NCBI GenBank assembly: GCA_965371515.1
Contig: CBDUYR010000042.1
Location: 1 to 24,635 of the forward strand
DNA length: 24,635 bases
Direction of reading: 5' to 3'
DNA from: an uncultured bacterium
Lineage (GTDB): Bacteria; Krumholzibacteriota; Krumholzibacteriia; Krumholzibacteriales; Krumholzibacteriaceae
Both the position numbers and the translations under genes were made by a program. This document shows, piece by piece, positions 22,801 to 24,635 of this stretch. Below the pieces are notes generated by a model. That model ran no database searches, had not been told where the DNA came from, and worked only from the letters and a program-made list of their open reading frames with translations. Position 1 is the first letter of the stretch; each line of letters starts with the position of its first letter.

Positions 22801-24635
22801 ATACCGGCGTCGTCGGCAAGTACGAATTCCTTCGGCGCCGTCATGTCGGGCAACGCGAGGGCAGCGGGAATATCGGGATCCTCTCCCGTGTAACCCTCGG
22901 GAGGAACGGCGCGGATCTCGACCCTCCTGTTCTTCGCCCTTCCTTCCTCCGTGTCGTTGCTCGCGACGGGGAACCTCGCGCCGTACGCGGTGTAGTCCAT
23001 CGACTTTTCGGGGATGCCGTTCATTCTGAGGAGCTGGAATACGCTGCGGGCCCTGGCGAGGGAGAGCTCGAAGTTCGACGGATAATCGGCCGTCCTGATC
23101 GGCGTGCTGTCCGAATAGCCTGAGATCTCGATCTTCCAGCCGGGATGCTCCCGCACCCACAGGCTCAGCGCAGCGACTTCTCTCAGCGGGATCTCCTCCA
23201 TCACCGAGCTTCCCGCGGCGAAGAGGGTTCCAGGGAGATTGAGGGCATCGTACGTACCCGCTGAATCGACTGTGCTCTCCGGCCCCGCCGGCCCAGACTG
23301 CGCGTCATCTCGCGTGCCGTAGCTCTCCGGTTGTGATGATGTCGCAGCAGTCGCGGTACCGGCGGAGCCCTGTCGGGTAACCGTCGCAGTGTCGCCTTCG
23401 ATGGCGGCGAATGCGTCCCCTTCCCCGGCGATCTCGATCACCTGGAGGGGGAAATCTACGCGGCGGTTGCCCGATGGGGTGAGATCGATCAGATACTGAC
23501 CGGCGATACCCATTCCAAAATGTCCGGCAGGACCCGGCGCCAGCGAATCTGGCAGCGACTTGGGATCGACACGGAAGACGTGCCTTCCTTCCTCGACGCC
23601 CGGAATCGACCAGAGCCCGCTCGAATCGGTAACGGCGAATGTACCCTTCTCGTAGAAGACGGCCGCTCCGGGAATGCCCTCTTCGCCCTTGTCGCGCATC
23701 CCGTCGCCGTCGCCGTCGATGAAGACGCTTCCCAGCACGATCCCTCTGCGTGTGAATTCGCCCTCGTACAGCCGGACAGATGCGTATGCCGGCCCGTTCT
23801 CGGTCTCTTCGCCGTACTGCGTCACGCCGTATACCCAGGCGGTCGAAACGAGCTCGTCCTTCTCCTGCCCGGCAGTAACGGTCGCCCTGATGATCACGTC
23901 TCTCTTCGTTTTCGGCGGAAGAGAACCGAGATCGAAGATCAGCCTGTTGTTCTCGATGACCGGCTGGTCGTAACCCTTCGAGAACTTCAGCCCGGAGGGG
24001 AGATTCTCGACGAGGACGATGCTGTCGATCACCGTCTCTTCGGTCATGTTTTCGATGGTGATTATAAAACTGACGATGTCGCCGATCATCGCGTTCGGCT
24101 CGCGGATCGACTGCTCGACCGAGAGGAGCGGCATGTCGGCCTTGACGAGGACGTCGCGGACCTCGTCACGGGCAGAATCGTCGACGAGAGACCTCGCCTC
24201 GACGTCGAATACAAATTCCCTGCCGGTGAAATTACGCAGCCTCTCCGCGCTCGCCGAGATCCTCACCGCCACATCTCTGCTTCCACCGATCTCGATCGGG
24301 CCGAGCCTGGCTGTCCAGGCCGACAGCGAGGGCAGGACAACGTCCCCCGGGCCGAGGAGCTCGACCTGCCAGTCGGACGGGATGAGCGACGAGTCGGCCA
24401 GCACGATGCTGAAAGTGTCGGCGAAGTTTCCGGCATTGTAGACCTCGTGCCGGAAGACGCAGACCGAATCGGAGTTTCCGAGGGAGATGACGACCCTGTC
24501 GTCGTCCGATCCGGGCGCTGCCTGCGGATCCCCCTGCGGCCCCATCCAGACCTCGCTGATCATGCCGACGAGGACAGTCACCTCGCTCGACGGGAACTGG
24601 TACGGCTGCCCGTCGCCTCCTGTGAACCGGGCCAT
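19806..24635 (-). CDS. Giant outer-membrane protein: Ig-like, DUF11, SdrD B-like, OmpA/MotB peptidoglycan-binding, Ig/invasin-like domains and a ~800-aa C-terminal beta-barrel; probably 5'-truncated by the window edge
   Basis: No signal peptide after the edge ATG. DUF11 (IGDIVSFIITIEN...ENLPSGLKF), SdrD_B (GSVFIDGDGDGMRDKGEEGIPG...TDSSGLWS) and OmpA (IEISGYSD...NFELSLARARSV...YGARFPVASNDTEEGRAKNRRVEI). Amphipathic strands run from DWFLFGFGEG to GFHIGIKLKFDE. Confidence 0.88.
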   Translation of the reverse strand: MARFTGGDGQPYQFPSSEVTVLVGMISEVWMGPQGDPQAAPGSDDDRVVISLGNSDSVCVFRHEVYNAGNFADTFSIVLADSSLIPSDWQVELLGPGDVVLPSLSAWTARLGPIEIGGSRDVAVRISASAERLRNFTGREFVFDVEARSLVDDSARDEVRDVLVKADMPLLSVEQSIREPNAMIGDIVSFIITIENMTEETVIDSIVLVENLPSGLKFSKGYDQPVIENNRLIFDLGSLPPKTKRDVIIRATVTAGQEKDELVSTAWVYGVTQYGEETENGPAYASVRLYEGEFTRRGIVLGSVFIDGDGDGMRDKGEEGIPGAAVFYEKGTFAVTDSSGLWSIPGVEEGRHVFRVDPKSLPDSLAPGPAGHFGMGIAGQYLIDLTPSGNRRVDFPLQVIEIAGEGDAFAAIEGDTATVTRQGSAGTATAATSSQPESYGTRDDAQSGPAGPESTVDSAGTYDALNLPGTLFAAGSSVMEEIPLREVAALSLWVREHPGWKIEISGYSDSTPIRTADYPSNFELSLARARSVFQLLRMNGIPEKSMDYTAYGARFPVASNDTEEGRAKNRRVEIRAVPPEGYTGEDPDIPAALALPDMTAPKEFVLADDAGICAEIVKPAEGTIFTDRDGIDVEIVAPLVSTVELYVNNVPVGREKIGQKQIDIGESTMGYIFYGVKISPGLNNILVVCRSHGEKNVCVRHVYLAGRPSSVLAEHRDAEVPADGRSRPELVFLVSDEHGLPARDGLFLTVTGPDDLIGELDANPQLAGVQVATVDGRISLDLPPSAYSRRERVAVALEGLTAESRLEYVSPMRDWFLFGFGEGDVGYSSLKGTGSTHRTYERYPDGYYAEGKLAFYGQGEVATGHLLTMAIDTRPIVEDKLLDRIEPEKYYPIYGDASELRFNSYSKHGTYARLEHRSYSAMVGDYRTEFGTMEFTKYDRTFSGFRGEGRRGRFDVAGFMSYSDQITVQDEMRANGTSGFYFLSKYPLLENSEKIRIEVRDRFRPEKIVRVDYYSVNKDYDINYMDGSILFKRPILAFDEDFNPRHIVVTYECRSTGDKNIVAGIRPTVELADSLMMGVTAVIQDEGEKNYTLVGVDLAGHLWKDLFIESEYARSDKLVLGSGDAFRFKLMGRHDRMLKWNAYYRDIDENFFNPSFSGGKTELGSRKIGGDLDWRIGRGWSLLSKGYGHRYAQRDEKKGYFDVKGHYRSGALDGSFGLAHASFSDTRSGSSSSGLLVAAGGYGSDKTKAELQLDKNVAGEEVPEYPDRIQAKLTQKIWRYLDGVLSYEYRSSSRSGSRHLTQLGIESRITEDLSAYSRYRMEGAMSGERSQAMIGMKNRFRLSPGLTSTLSIEKLSTVSGQDLEDFTAFVTEWLYTPPGKDHKIKGGYEIRLEQERTKHLAGFAALKRLSETWAGLIKIDAWYSDEDVTLDQSKSAGRLGFSYRPGHGPLTILSMAKGTYEKNSPAHPLAIDKALTVMTEANYHLSDRWELEGKVAGRWVRNSFRYLTVSSSSYMYQTQLIRLFGKAWDVSVAARVVQQIETGTLRYGGGVLVGRIIRENVWIGAGYDFGGHRDADTVVNEFTQNGFHIGIKLKFDEKLLGYFNGSAGD

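Noticed and set aside
22900..23230. Flagellar motor protein MotB
   Set aside because: Only the shared OmpA/MotB peptidoglycan-binding domain is present, inside a much larger protein; no MotB transmembrane helix or motA.
1..24635. CRISPR arrays, tRNA/rRNA, IS elements, prophage
   Set aside because: No regularly spaced nucleotide repeats, cloverleafs, transposase, integrase or phage genes were seen; the long repeats are diverged protein-domain repeats.

Overview
A GC-rich bacterial window from a diderm organism. By inference it is a member of the FCB superphylum (Krumholzibacteria/Latescibacteria-like), because two secreted proteins end in FlgD-Ig/T9SS-type 'PNPFN...SGVYF...KMV-LR' C-terminal domains. 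In order, it holds: a truncated TonB-dependent receptor (minus strand, missing from the ORF track); a low-GC TPR-CHAT (caspase-like) protease gene with a lipoprotein signal; an M19 dipeptidase; an orphan aromatic-rich type IV pilin; a stand-alone NifU-C/Nfu protein behind an IscR-type operator; a papain-family protease fused to a beta-helix and CTD; a CDF metal transporter coupled to a DegT/ArnB-type aminotransferase; a large Ig-repeat surface protein with CTD; and the 3' part of an operon encoding a giant DUF11-SdrD_B-OmpA-beta-barrel protein and a five-repeat secreted protein ending in DUF11. Two candidates for undescribed biology stand out. (1) The OmpA-anchored giant barrel plus its DUF11-tailed partner may be a dedicated adhesin-export system with a SprA-like motif. 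(2) The lipoprotein CHAT islet is flanked by a symmetric bidirectional promoter, a divergent transcript with a CHAT-like motif and a convergent structured RNA. No rRNA, tRNA, CRISPR array, integrase or transposase was seen. Family calls are from motif recognition by eye, not from database searches.
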